A stretch of 64,000 nt of DNA from IMG/VR virus record IMGVR_UViG_3300020434_000055. One strand, written 5' to 3'. Below are positions 20,314-30,290 of the stretch, in pieces. Within the stretch, counting starts at the first letter, position 1, and the number at the start of each line of letters is the position of its first letter. This DNA is from a virus. Taxonomy: Duplodnaviria > Caudoviricetes. The notes beneath the pieces are model-generated. The model saw only the letters and a list, made by a program, of their open reading frames with translations. It did not search any database and was not told where the DNA came from. The position numbers and the translations under genes were made by a program.

Positions 20314-21041
20314 TGGGTTTAAAAAAAGACGATTTAGCACATACTACTGATAGTATATTTGAAATCGATTCCTATAAATCAAAAATGGGAGACGATAAAG
20401 ATATTGTAGTTCTTAGTTTTACAGTTCTAGGAGAACAACCAGCAATAGATTTAGTAAATTTTATAGAAAAAGGATACGATTACGTTTTAGATGCTGACAA
20501 AACTAGCGGAGAACAAGCTGATGGCAAATATAGAGTGTTTGTTGAATTAGAAAGAAACAATAAAATTTCAAATCAAATTACAGAAATACTAGGTGGTGTC
20601 GGAAAACTAGCAAATTTAGAAAATTTTAAATTTAGATACTATAAAAATTTTAAAAGTTTACCAGCAGATGAAAAAACTTTAGGAGAAGTTGTTCCTTTTG
20701 ATTCTGACGCTTATGAAATTAAAATAGGTGAGGCTCCTATGGAGAATTATAAAAATTTCTTTCATGATAGTTATGTAGATGACGTAATTATGGAAGATAC
20801 AACATTAATTCTTAAAAAGCAACGTCATGATCCATTATTTTTCGAATTTTTGGAATATGGCAATAAAGAAGATGTCTTAAAATCAATAAAAGAGTCATAT
20901 CAGATTAATAAATTCCCAGAAGTAATTTTTTTAAGTAAGTATATAGGAGATTATAATATATCCATTTATGGTAACAAGTATGTTCTTGAAAGCAAGAACT
21001 TCTGTATAGTACTTAAGAAAAAATATGAGACTATCAACTAA
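20313..21041 (+). CDS. Hypothetical protein
   Basis: Translationally coupled long ORF. Confidence 0.55.
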   Translation: MGLKKDDLAHTTDSIFEIDSYKSKMGDDKDIVVLSFTVLGEQPAIDLVNFIEKGYDYVLDADKTSGEQADGKYRVFVELERNNKISNQITEILGGVGKLANLENFKFRYYKNFKSLPADEKTLGEVVPFDSDAYEIKIGEAPMENYKNFFHDSYVDDVIMEDTTLILKKQRHDPLFFEFLEYGNKEDVLKSIKESYQINKFPEVIFLSKYIGDYNISIYGNKYVLESKNFCIVLKKKYETIN

Positions 21042-21486
21042 TTTTACACTAGAAGAATTCACAAGAAGTCAAACAGCAATACGTCAAAATATAGATAATA
21101 CACCCACAGATGAGCATATTGAAAATATGCAACTTCTATGTGAAATGATTCTCCAACCAATTAGAGAACATTTTGGTCCAATAGCAATTAATTCAGGATA
21201 TAGAGGAGTAGTTTTAAACAAAACTATTGGTGGTTCTTGGAAATCTCAACATTGTGAAGGTAAAGCGGCTGATATCGAATGCCCTGGTACAGGTAATCGT
21301 TATGTAGCTCAATGGATTTCAGATAATTGTACCTTCGATCAAGTAATTCTTGAATTTCATAACCGAGAAATACCCGATTCAGGTTGGGTTCATGTTAGTT
21401 ATAATCGTGGATCTAATCGAATGCAACGTCTACACACCTTAAAAGAAGACGGCAAAACTGTATACAAGCCTAACCTAATAGAATAA
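21025..21486 (+). CDS. Peptidase M15A-family endolysin
   Basis: SGYR...SQHCEGKAADI...WVHVSY Zn-binding pattern; adjacent to spanin-like genes. Confidence 0.85.
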   Translation: MRLSTNFTLEEFTRSQTAIRQNIDNTPTDEHIENMQLLCEMILQPIREHFGPIAINSGYRGVVLNKTIGGSWKSQHCEGKAADIECPGTGNRYVAQWISDNCTFDQVILEFHNREIPDSGWVHVSYNRGSNRMQRLHTLKEDGKTVYKPNLIE

Positions 21487-21504
21487 TCAATAAATACAAC
21501 TATA

Positions 21505-21636
21505 ATGAAAACCAAGTACTGCAATAATTGTGGCAGAAAAGCCCATTGTGACGAAGTTTTAAAAGAAACTCAGGTTGACTATGATGGCAGAAAATATGAA
21601 ATCGTAGTGTGCGTGTACTGTAGGTGCGAGGAATAG
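21505..21636 (+). CDS. 43-aa Cys-rich Zn-ribbon-like peptide (not in ORF track)
   Basis: MKTKYCNNCGRKAHC...VCVYCRCEE, two CxxC pairs. Confidence 0.55.
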   Translation: MKTKYCNNCGRKAHCDEVLKETQVDYDGRKYEIVVCVYCRCEE

Positions 21637-21637
21637 T

Positions 21638-22123
21638 ATGTTTTTCTTTGGTCAAATAAAAATGATTTTTACAATGCTAATTATTATCGGTATTGCCGGT
21701 GCTGGTATGTATGTAATGAAGCTACGATCTGACAACGCTATTCTTAAAACAAATCAAATAAAACTAGAACAAAGTATTGAGTCACAAACTAAACTATTAG
21801 AGCAACAAAAAATAGATTTTGAAGCAATAATGGAACATAATAAGCAAATGAATATATTAGTTAAAAATTTACAAGAAGATTTAAGACAATTAGATAAAAG
21901 ATTTACTAAAAAAGGTAGAGACTTTGGTAAACTTGCAATTAAAAAACCTAGTTTAGTTGAAAAAATTATAAACAAAGCTAGTGAACGTGCTCAACGATGT
22001 GTAGAAATTGCCTCAGGGGCACCATTAACTGAAGCAGAAATAAACGCTACAAAGAAATCAGAAATTAATACTGAATGTCCTTCGATAGCTAACCCTAATT
22101 ACAAAGCATACGCGGTAGAATAA
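21638..22123 (+). CDS. Putative i-spanin (Rz-like)
   Basis: N-terminal TM helix followed by a long coiled coil. Confidence 0.65.
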   Translation: MFFFGQIKMIFTMLIIIGIAGAGMYVMKLRSDNAILKTNQIKLEQSIESQTKLLEQQKIDFEAIMEHNKQMNILVKNLQEDLRQLDKRFTKKGRDFGKLAIKKPSLVEKIINKASERAQRCVEIASGAPLTEAEINATKKSEINTECPSIANPNYKAYAVE

Positions 22124-22479
22124 TGAGAATACTTTTTATAATATTACTAGCATTTGCATTATCAGGTTGTACACTTGGAGCTGAGAAGAAAATAAAAATT
22201 TTTCAAGTAGAAGAACCTAGAGCAAACTTAAATCTTGAATCTCCTGAACCTTTAGACTTAGAAAAATTAAGATGGATTATTATTACTAGCAAAAATGCAG
22301 AAGAAGTATTTAAAAGATTAGAAGCAGAAGGTTATGATCCTGTATTATTTGGACTTACAGACAAAGATTATGAATTAATTGCAAAAAACTTTGCACAAAT
22401 ACGGTCATACTTAAAAGAACAAAACGCAATACTTGAAAAATATAGAGAGTATTACGAACCTGAAGAAAAAAATGAGTAA
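22123..22479 (+). CDS. Putative o-spanin lipoprotein (Rz1-like)
   Basis: Signal peptide with lipobox LSGC; directly follows the i-spanin. Confidence 0.65.
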   Translation: MRILFIILLAFALSGCTLGAEKKIKIFQVEEPRANLNLESPEPLDLEKLRWIIITSKNAEEVFKRLEAEGYDPVLFGLTDKDYELIAKNFAQIRSYLKEQNAILEKYREYYEPEEKNE

Positions 22480-22681
22480 CATTTTACGCAAAATATGGTA
22501 TTGGATTGTTGGTTACCCAGCTGAATTAACTTATTGGTTTGAAGGTAAAGAGTTTCTAGTTCATGTACGTAAATTTAGAGAGCTTAAACCCAATCATATT
22601 ACATTTATGAATGTAGAAACAGAGAAATATGTTGCAATAAAATCAGATACTCCAATAAAGTACATACTTAAACAAGAATAA
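22472..22681 (+). CDS. Hypothetical protein
   Basis: ATG overlaps the previous stop region. Confidence 0.45.
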   Translation: MSNILRKIWYWIVGYPAELTYWFEGKEFLVHVRKFRELKPNHITFMNVETEKYVAIKSDTPIKYILKQE

Positions 22682-22689
22682 ATAGCATT

Positions 22690-23013
22690 ATGTCAGACGA
22701 TTTAATTAAAGTTAAAAAAACAACAGAAGAATACGAAGTATCAAAAAGTGATCTAATCCCAGATACCGGAGATGACGCCCCTACTTGGTATAATAAAACA
22801 GCAGGCCTATTAGACAAATTTAGAATAATACCTAGATTAGTAATGTTGGCTTACATCTTTGCATTTTATTCATCAGTAACTTGGTTTATGCAACTAACTG
22901 ATCCCACAAATGCTCAAGCAATGTTTATATCAACAATAGTTGGTGCCGGTGCGGCATTCTTTGGACTATATGTTGGTAAACCGGGTGCTACACTTCCAAA
23001 AAATAAGAAATAA
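22690..23013 (+). CDS. Two-TM membrane protein, holin candidate
   Basis: Two hydrophobic segments and a basic C-terminus; in the lysis cassette. Confidence 0.5.
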   Translation: MSDDLIKVKKTTEEYEVSKSDLIPDTGDDAPTWYNKTAGLLDKFRIIPRLVMLAYIFAFYSSVTWFMQLTDPTNAQAMFISTIVGAGAAFFGLYVGKPGATLPKNKK

Positions 23014-23036
23014 TTCCCATTAAATACAATAACAAC

Positions 23037-23065
23037 TTGACTTTTTGGTAAAGAGTTGTTATATT
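23037..23065 (+). promoter_or_regulatory. Sigma70-type promoter (dnaJ-def)
   Basis: TTGACT-17-TATATT. Confidence 0.65.
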
Positions 23066-23071
23066 ATTATT

Positions 23072-23923
23072 ATGGCAGACTATTATGATATATTAGGGGT
23101 TAAAAAAGGCGCTTCCCAACAAGATTTAAAAAAAGCATATAAAAAACAAGCGATGAGATATCATCCAGACAAGGGTGGAGACTCTAATAAATTTCAAAAA
23201 ATAAACGAAGCATACGATACACTTAAAGACCCTCAAAAGAAAGCCATGTATGACCAATTTGGTGCTACTGGTAATCAAGGACCTTATTCAAGAACATATT
23301 CAACTGAAGAGTTTGAATTTCCTAATGACATAGGAGATATTTTTAATCAATTCTTTGGTGGATCAAGATCACCGTTTACTCAAAGAAGACAAAGACAAAG
23401 AAATAAAGACATAGCAATTCAAACTCAAATAGATTTAGAAGATGTAATGAATGGTAAATCATTAATTGCAACATATACACTAACAAATGGTAAGCAACAG
23501 AGTGTAAACATTGATTTACCTCCGGGAGTAGAAACAAATACCACGATGAAATTTACAGGACTAGGAGATAATTTCATTCCAAGTATTTCTAGAGGTGATT
23601 TAATGGTAAGAATTAAAGTACGATCTCATTCAAGATGGCATAGAGATGGTGCAAATTTACATTGCGTAGAAAAAGTAAGTGTGTTTGATTTATTATTAGG
23701 AACTAAAAAGGAAATAACAACTGTAGATGGTAAAAAATTATCTATTACCATCCCTAAAGGATGTCAACCAGGTACAGTATTAAGTATTAGTGAACAAGGA
23801 CTACCAAGATTGCATGGCAGAGGCAAAGGTAACATCTATATGACAGTTCAAGCCGATATACCTAACATATCTGATCCAGAAATGTTAAAGCTTCTTCAAA
23901 GGATAAAATATGGAACTAATTAA
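23072..23923 (+). CDS. dnaJ: DnaJ/CbpA-like co-chaperone (J domain plus C-terminal domain, no Zn finger)
   Basis: DYYDILGV, HPD motif, G/F region, GRGKGNIY C-terminal domain. Confidence 0.9.
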   Translation: MADYYDILGVKKGASQQDLKKAYKKQAMRYHPDKGGDSNKFQKINEAYDTLKDPQKKAMYDQFGATGNQGPYSRTYSTEEFEFPNDIGDIFNQFFGGSRSPFTQRRQRQRNKDIAIQTQIDLEDVMNGKSLIATYTLTNGKQQSVNIDLPPGVETNTTMKFTGLGDNFIPSISRGDLMVRIKVRSHSRWHRDGANLHCVEKVSVFDLLLGTKKEITTVDGKKLSITIPKGCQPGTVLSISEQGLPRLHGRGKGNIYMTVQADIPNISDPEMLKLLQRIKYGTN

Positions 23924-24428
23924 ACACCCAAATGAATGGTTAGAGAAAAAAATAAAACCTTTCGACTGGGAAAATTTAGATTCAGAAAAAATTGAACAAG
24001 AAATGGTCTCTATTATGGAGGATAATAAAGGTATAGGTCTGGCGGCAAATCAAGTTGGGTTAGATGCAAGAGTTGTAACAATATTGCCAAAAAATATAAA
24101 AGGAATTACTAAATCTTTTGCAATTATTGATCCTACAATAGAACAAATAAGTCTTAATAAAATTGAAGATGTTGAAGGATGTCTTAGTTTTCCAAAATTA
24201 TGGTTAAAAGTTAGAAGACCAGACAAGGTTACTGTAAAATTTCTTGACAGTAAACAAAAAGAGTGTATAATGGACTTTAGTGGTTATGATGCAAGATGTT
24301 TTCTTCACGAATATGATCATCTGGAAGGAATAACGTTCGTGAGTCCTTTACGAGTTAGCAAATTAAGATTAGATATGGCAATAAAAAGACAACAAAAAAT
24401 AATAAAAGAGGAACAACAAAATGGTTGA
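23910..24428 (+). CDS. def: Peptide deformylase
   Basis: GIGLAANQ, EGCLS, HEYDHLEG motifs. Confidence 0.95.
   Translation: MELIKHPNEWLEKKIKPFDWENLDSEKIEQEMVSIMEDNKGIGLAANQVGLDARVVTILPKNIKGITKSFAIIDPTIEQISLNKIEDVEGCLSFPKLWLKVRRPDKVTVKFLDSKQKECIMDFSGYDARCFLHEYDHLEGITFVSPLRVSKLRLDMAIKRQQKIIKEEQQNG
24244..24271 (+). promoter_or_regulatory. Sigma70-type promoter inside def, upstream of clpA
   Basis: TTGACA-16-TATAAT. Confidence 0.6.
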
Positions 24429-26667
24429 GCCTAGCCAAGAACTCCAATTAGTTTTTGATAAAGCAGTTATAGATGCTAAAAAATTAAAGCATGAATATGT
24501 AACTGTTGAACACTTATTATTTGCAATGCTATGCACTGATAAATTTTCAAATATGATTAAAGGATTCGGTGCAGATGTTGACGATTTAAAAACAGAAGTA
24601 GAAAATTATCTTAAAACTAAATTAAAAACTATAACACTTGAAAATATTTCAAAATATAAACCAAAAAAGACAACAAGTGTAGAAAGAATTCTAAATAGAG
24701 CATTTACCCAAGTATTATTCAGTGGTAGAAGCCATATAGACATCTCAGACGTGTTTCTTAGCATGATGAGTGAAAAGAAAAGCTGGGCTTATTACTTTAT
24801 AATGAAGACCGAAATAAGCAAAGACAAGTTTCAAGACTATCTACACGCCGAAATGGAATCATTATATGAAGATGAAGTTGATCAATCCGCGGCAAAAAGA
24901 GCATTAGGTCTTTATACTACAAATTTAAACAATGAAGTTAAAAAAGAAAGAATAGATCCAGTTATAGGAAGAGTAGAAGAATTAAATTCTATAGCTTTAT
25001 CCTTAGGTAGAAGAACTAAAAATAATGTAATCCTAGTAGGAGATCCAGGTGTAGGAAAAACTGCTATTGCAGAAGGATTAGCATTTAATATTGAAAAGAA
25101 TACTTGTCCTGATTTTTTAAAAGAATATAAAGTGTATAATTTAGACATTGGTGGAATGTTAGCTGGTTCTAAATATAGAGGAGATTTTGAAGAAAGATTT
25201 AAACTTGTATTATCTGCTTTAAAAAAGAAAGGCAAAACAATTTGTTTTATAGATGAAGCACATAATATAAGTGGTGCAGGAGCAGGCGGAACTACAAATA
25301 GTAATGATTTAGCTAATTTATTAAAACCTGTATTAACTAAAGGTGATCTTAAAGTTGTAGCATCAACTACTTGGGAAGATTATAGAAAATATTTTGAAAA
25401 AGACAGAGCTCTAATGAGAAGATTTCAAAGAATTGTAATTGATGAACCAGATAAAGATACTACAGTTAAAATATTACACGGACTTAGAAAATACTATGAA
25501 AATTTTCATAATATTGCAATTACAGATCAAGCAATTAAAGAAGCAGTTAAAACTAGTGTCAAATATCAAACTGATAAAAAATTACCTGACAAAGCAATTG
25601 ATTTAATAGACTTGGCGTGTAGTAGATTTAATCTTAAAGACCCTACTGCTGAAAAAGTAATAGGTCAAGAAGAAATACAATATGAAGTAGCAAAAGCTGT
25701 GAAAATGCCTGTTGAAAACATTCAACAAAAAGAGTCTTCAGCACTTGCTAATTTAGATAAGAATATGAAGAGTGGTGTATTTGGACAAGACAAAGCAATA
25801 GAGTCTGTTATTGATAAAATTATGGTGGCACACGCAGGATTAAAAAGAGAAAACAAACCAATAGGATCATTTGTGTTCATGGGCCCAACAGGTTGTGGTA
25901 AAACAGAAACAGCAAAACAACTTGCAAATCATTTAGGTGTTAAATTAGTCAGATTTGATATGTCAGAGTATCAAGAAAAACACGCAGTATCAAAACTAAT
26001 TGGATCTCCTCCAGGATATGTTGGATTTGAAGAAAATACAGGATTGCTTATAACAAAATTACAAGAACATCCTAATTGCGTATTGCTATTAGATGAAATA
26101 GAAAAAGCACACCCTGATGTTAGTCAAATATTACTTCAAATAATGGATGAAGGAACTGTTATGGGTAATAATGGTAAAGAAGCAGACTGTAAAAATGTTA
26201 CATTAATTTTAACTACTAATTTAGGTGCAGATCAATTAGATAAAAACGTAATGGGATTCACTGACTCCTCATCTACTAGTGAATATGACGATAAAGAAAT
26301 GAAAAAGTTCTTTCCACCAGAATTTAGAAACAGATTAGACGGAACTATTGTATTCCAAAAATTATCAAAAGAAACTCTAATAAAAATTGTTGGTAAGTTT
26401 ATGCTAGAGCTTAGATTGATGTTAAAAGACAAAGATACAGTACTAGAATTAACTGATGAAGCTATTGACTACCTAGTAGACAAAGGATATGATGATAAAA
26501 TGGGTGCTAGACCTATGCAAAGACTAATTGACAATGACATTAAAAGACCTCTATCCAAAGAATTGCTATTTGGTAAGTTAAAAAATGGTGGTAAAGCTAA
26601 AATTGACTCAAAAGATAAGGGTATTACTATCATCTACGAAGAAGCAGTGAAACTAATCAAAAGTTAA
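24421..26667 (+). CDS. clpA: ClpA-type Hsp100 ATPase
   Basis: Clp N-domain, two AAA modules (GDPGVGKT; GPTGCGKT), no middle coiled coil, IGF-like loop VMGF. Confidence 0.92.
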   Translation: MVEPSQELQLVFDKAVIDAKKLKHEYVTVEHLLFAMLCTDKFSNMIKGFGADVDDLKTEVENYLKTKLKTITLENISKYKPKKTTSVERILNRAFTQVLFSGRSHIDISDVFLSMMSEKKSWAYYFIMKTEISKDKFQDYLHAEMESLYEDEVDQSAAKRALGLYTTNLNNEVKKERIDPVIGRVEELNSIALSLGRRTKNNVILVGDPGVGKTAIAEGLAFNIEKNTCPDFLKEYKVYNLDIGGMLAGSKYRGDFEERFKLVLSALKKKGKTICFIDEAHNISGAGAGGTTNSNDLANLLKPVLTKGDLKVVASTTWEDYRKYFEKDRALMRRFQRIVIDEPDKDTTVKILHGLRKYYENFHNIAITDQAIKEAVKTSVKYQTDKKLPDKAIDLIDLACSRFNLKDPTAEKVIGQEEIQYEVAKAVKMPVENIQQKESSALANLDKNMKSGVFGQDKAIESVIDKIMVAHAGLKRENKPIGSFVFMGPTGCGKTETAKQLANHLGVKLVRFDMSEYQEKHAVSKLIGSPPGYVGFEENTGLLITKLQEHPNCVLLLDEIEKAHPDVSQILLQIMDEGTVMGNNGKEADCKNVTLILTTNLGADQLDKNVMGFTDSSSTSEYDDKEMKKFFPPEFRNRLDGTIVFQKLSKETLIKIVGKFMLELRLMLKDKDTVLELTDEAIDYLVDKGYDDKMGARPMQRLIDNDIKRPLSKELLFGKLKNGGKAKIDSKDKGITIIYEEAVKLIKS

Positions 26668-26694
26668 CCTTAGGGCATATAGATAAATATCTAT

Positions 26695-27045
26695 ATGTCA
26701 GCATCAAGTGAAACAATTATGTCAGCAACTACCCATCCTGGGGATAGTACCGTCGAGACTGTCGAAGGTTCTAGCTTTAAGGGTGATGGTTACTATGGTA
26801 GATCGGACGGTGTTCATACTGTTCAATATAGTATTTCTGGTTTTACAGGAACCATTAAAATGCAAGCCACTTTAGCAACAATACCTACAGCAAGTGACTG
26901 GTTTGATGTTAGTGGAACAGAAATAGTATATGCAAGTACTACAACTACCAATGATTACAAAAATTTTACCGGAAATTTTGTATGGGTGAGGGCACACGTG
27001 GTATATACTGATGGAGACATTAACGCCATTAGTTTAAATCATTAA
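26695..27045 (+). CDS. Hypothetical beta-rich late protein
   Basis: Preceded by GATAAATA. Confidence 0.5.
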   Translation: MSASSETIMSATTHPGDSTVETVEGSSFKGDGYYGRSDGVHTVQYSISGFTGTIKMQATLATIPTASDWFDVSGTEIVYASTTTTNDYKNFTGNFVWVRAHVVYTDGDINAISLNH

Positions 27046-27053
27046 GGAGAGTT

Positions 27054-27380
27054 ATGAAAATTAACGAATTTACAACTGTAGACAAACCCAAGTTAGATTT
27101 TAACTTATTAGATGATATACATTATTTCATGATTAATGATTCTAGCTTTTATAGAAAACATTACTTTCCAACAGTAGATAAAGCCAAACAAACAGGCGAC
27201 AATTCAACCTTACAACCTCTGATCGATACAGCAATTAATGAATATTTTAAAACATTTAGATTAAAAATGAGACCTGAAAATGTAATTAAAGATGAAGACA
27301 AACAATCATTAAAACAAAGAATTATAGACAGTGAAAAAGAAGAAGACGATATCGAGAAAGAGCGGAAAGAGAATGAATAA
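27054..27380 (+). CDS. Hypothetical protein with CTS-like N-terminus (MKINEF)
   Basis: Strong RBS AAGGAG. Confidence 0.55.
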   Translation: MKINEFTTVDKPKLDFNLLDDIHYFMINDSSFYRKHYFPTVDKAKQTGDNSTLQPLIDTAINEYFKTFRLKMRPENVIKDEDKQSLKQRIIDSEKEEDDIEKERKENE

Positions 27381-27949
27381 TGAGATTAAAGGAGTTTACT
27401 GAAGCATTATCTAAACCTGCATCTTTCGCCTTTGGTCGAATGAATCCTCCTACCTTAGGACATCAAAAATTAGTTAATACTATCCAATCTCAACCCGGCG
27501 ATCATTTTTTATTTTTAACGCATACTCAAAATGCAAAGACAGATCCTCTAGCATTTGCTGAAAAATTGTTTTTTACTCAACAAATGTTTGCAGGAATTAA
27601 AATAGGTGACCCTAAAGTCAGAACAATAATCCAAGCCATGCAAAAATTAGAACAAATGGGGTATACCGATATCACATATGTGGCTGGTAGCGACAGGGTC
27701 AATGAATTTAGAGAATTATTAAACAAATATAATGGTCAAGAATATACATTTGATTCTATTAAAACCGTAAATGCAGGTACTAGAGACCCTGATTCACAAG
27801 GTGTAGAAGGTATGAGTGCAAGAATGGTAAGAGATTTAGCGGCTAGAGGTGATAAAATTGCTTTTATGAAAGCAATACCAGGTGATAGAAAATTAGCAAC
27901 CATGATGTATGACAAACTTAGAAGTAAATTAAATGTACCAGCAATTTAA
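27380..27949 (+). CDS. Cytidyltransferase-like (HxGH-superfamily) nucleotidyltransferase
   Basis: FGRMNPPTLGH, VAGSDRV, GMSA motifs as in T4-like phage cytidyltransferases. Confidence 0.8.
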   Translation: MRLKEFTEALSKPASFAFGRMNPPTLGHQKLVNTIQSQPGDHFLFLTHTQNAKTDPLAFAEKLFFTQQMFAGIKIGDPKVRTIIQAMQKLEQMGYTDITYVAGSDRVNEFRELLNKYNGQEYTFDSIKTVNAGTRDPDSQGVEGMSARMVRDLAARGDKIAFMKAIPGDRKLATMMYDKLRSKLNVPAI

Positions 27950-27960
27950 TAAATATACAT

Positions 27961-28167
27961 ATGGAAATAGCGAAATTAAAAAAATTAGCAGGCATTACGG
28001 ACTCAGAGGCACCCTCAGAAACACAACTTAATATTAGTCATACAGCACAGGCATTAAAAGACAGAGAAAAGGCATTAGGTTTAAGACCCGGTGATCCAGG
28101 CTGGTTTAAATTATGGTTTAGTAGACCATTAATGCAACAAAGTAAAGGATATAAAAGTAGAAAATGA
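27961..28167 (+). CDS. Hypothetical protein
   Basis: Late-type AATAAATA upstream. Confidence 0.5.
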   Translation: MEIAKLKKLAGITDSEAPSETQLNISHTAQALKDREKALGLRPGDPGWFKLWFSRPLMQQSKGYKSRK

Positions 28168-30290
28168 ACTTACGTGAATTCATAAAAGATTTTAGAGTTA
28201 ATTCACTAGCTGAATTTAGACAAGTTGTTACTCCACGAGATGAAAAACATTATAGAGAATTAATGAAACATCTTCATGCTATGGAATTAGACCCTGTAAA
28301 TAGAAGTGATCCTGATCTTATGGGAGAAATCCGAAGAAGAAGAATGGAATTAAGAGGCTGGGCTGAAAAAAATATAAAAAGAGAAGATACTGTTAAAGAA
28401 GTTCCAGGAATGACACAATCGGCTAATACACAGGCGGCAGGTGTGAATCATTTAGGATTACCATCAGATGATGTAGTAAAAGAAGATAACGAAGAATTTT
28501 CTTTTGGTCAAATAGCAAAAGCAAAAGCATATGCTAAATTATATGTAGATAATTATACAACCGCTGTAAAAAATATTGAAAGAATTGCAAAAGGATTATC
28601 AAGTCATCCAGATGTTGCTGATGCATTAAGAAAAGCAAACGAAGATGACGAACCACAAATAACAGATTATACAGATGTAGTTTCACCAGAAGAAATGGCA
28701 AAAATATGGTATTATGATGAAAAACACGGTAGAGCTAAAGACTTACAAGCACGATTTAAAACTTGGCAAGATTATTACAAGTCAGATGACTTTGAATTAG
28801 ATTTAGATCATTTAAGAAGTAAATTTGAAGATGACGATAAAGACGAATTAATGAAAAAATTTCTTGCTAAAGGTGGTAAAATTCAAAAATTAAAACCAGG
28901 AATTCCTAAAGGTGCAACTCATATGGATCGAAGAGGGGATTATAAGAAAAGTGACTTTCCTAATGTAAAATTTCAAAATAGAAAAGACGTAGAAAAATCA
29001 AAAAGTAAAGCTCTAAGAAGTACACCTATAACAAGTCCAATGAGTGATGAATCAGTAAAAGAAGATTCTGAAGCAAGTTTATTAGGTGCCGCACAGGCTT
29101 CTTTAAGTCATGGATTAGAACTAGCTGATGCTGTACTTAAAGATGATAATAATATGGCAAAAGTTATATCTTCTACTATTAAAGAAAATTGGCCTCCTTT
29201 AATTGATAAAATTCAAAATGTATATAAAACTGATTCTGCAAAAGAAGAATTATCTAAAATACTAAATTTTGATAAAAAAGATTATGGATTGAAAGAAAGA
29301 ATGCCAGCATCTATTATTAAACATAAACAAAAACTTGATATGATGACTGATAAAGAATTAGCAATCAGATTTCAAGACAAAGATGAAAACACACTACGTC
29401 ATATGGCTTGGAGACATGGTTACGGTAAAATGAGTTCACACTATTGGGATAGAGTTCAAGCAGGTAAACAAGAAACAACTGAAGATTTAGATCATCTAGG
29501 ATTATCAATAAAAAAAGAAGATGATGGCGGTAGAGCTCAACAGGCATACAAATTAGCAAGAGATCAAAAAGTTGATTATGCCAATATAATGTTTCGTGGT
29601 AAAGAAATAGATCATAATAGCATAGACTATGACATGAAGGATTTTAGTGATATGATATTTGAACTACATGGAGCAAAATATATAGATGGCACACCTTTAA
29701 CTGATGAAGAATTAGAAGAATTTGAAAAAACAGATGAACTTCTTGATTGGGTTGCTGAGGATTATGCAACACAAGGAGAATCAGTTAAAGAAGAAGCACC
29801 ATTTGGAACAGGAATGGATTTAGTTAGAATGGCTGTATTTAGAAAATTTATATCAGCAGAAGAATATGTAAATTTTGCAAAAGAATTAAAAACAGCAGGT
29901 GAAGAAGTTGCTAATAGTGAACAGTATGCAGATTGGCCTGATGGAGAAGGCTTTGGTTCATCTGATGGAAACTTTGCAATTAGAGATTTAATGAGTACAG
30001 CAGGATACGAATTTGATGACAATGATACAAGTGGTAGATTTGTTGTAACTAAAATGCCAAAAAAATTACAAAAATTAGGTATAACAAATGCAAGAATGAA
30101 ACAACCTGAATTACCTCTTAAACAAGAAGGGGATAGTGATGGAGTCCAACCTGCTGATTTAAAAAGAATGGGTCTTTCAACTCCTAAAGCATATGTTCAT
30201 AAAGATGGACGAACAGTAATGATTAATAAAAAAGATTTACAAAAATATCTTAAAAAAGGGTGGCAAAAATCTAGTTTAAGAGCAGAGTAA
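28164..30290 (+). CDS. Acidic modular protein, putative head-internal polyprotein
   Basis: MNLREFI N-terminus; repeated xxVKE/ETTE linkers between unrelated segments. Confidence 0.55.
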   Translation: MNLREFIKDFRVNSLAEFRQVVTPRDEKHYRELMKHLHAMELDPVNRSDPDLMGEIRRRRMELRGWAEKNIKREDTVKEVPGMTQSANTQAAGVNHLGLPSDDVVKEDNEEFSFGQIAKAKAYAKLYVDNYTTAVKNIERIAKGLSSHPDVADALRKANEDDEPQITDYTDVVSPEEMAKIWYYDEKHGRAKDLQARFKTWQDYYKSDDFELDLDHLRSKFEDDDKDELMKKFLAKGGKIQKLKPGIPKGATHMDRRGDYKKSDFPNVKFQNRKDVEKSKSKALRSTPITSPMSDESVKEDSEASLLGAAQASLSHGLELADAVLKDDNNMAKVISSTIKENWPPLIDKIQNVYKTDSAKEELSKILNFDKKDYGLKERMPASIIKHKQKLDMMTDKELAIRFQDKDENTLRHMAWRHGYGKMSSHYWDRVQAGKQETTEDLDHLGLSIKKEDDGGRAQQAYKLARDQKVDYANIMFRGKEIDHNSIDYDMKDFSDMIFELHGAKYIDGTPLTDEELEEFEKTDELLDWVAEDYATQGESVKEEAPFGTGMDLVRMAVFRKFISAEEYVNFAKELKTAGEEVANSEQYADWPDGEGFGSSDGNFAIRDLMSTAGYEFDDNDTSGRFVVTKMPKKLQKLGITNARMKQPELPLKQEGDSDGVQPADLKRMGLSTPKAYVHKDGRTVMINKKDLQKYLKKGWQKSSLRAE

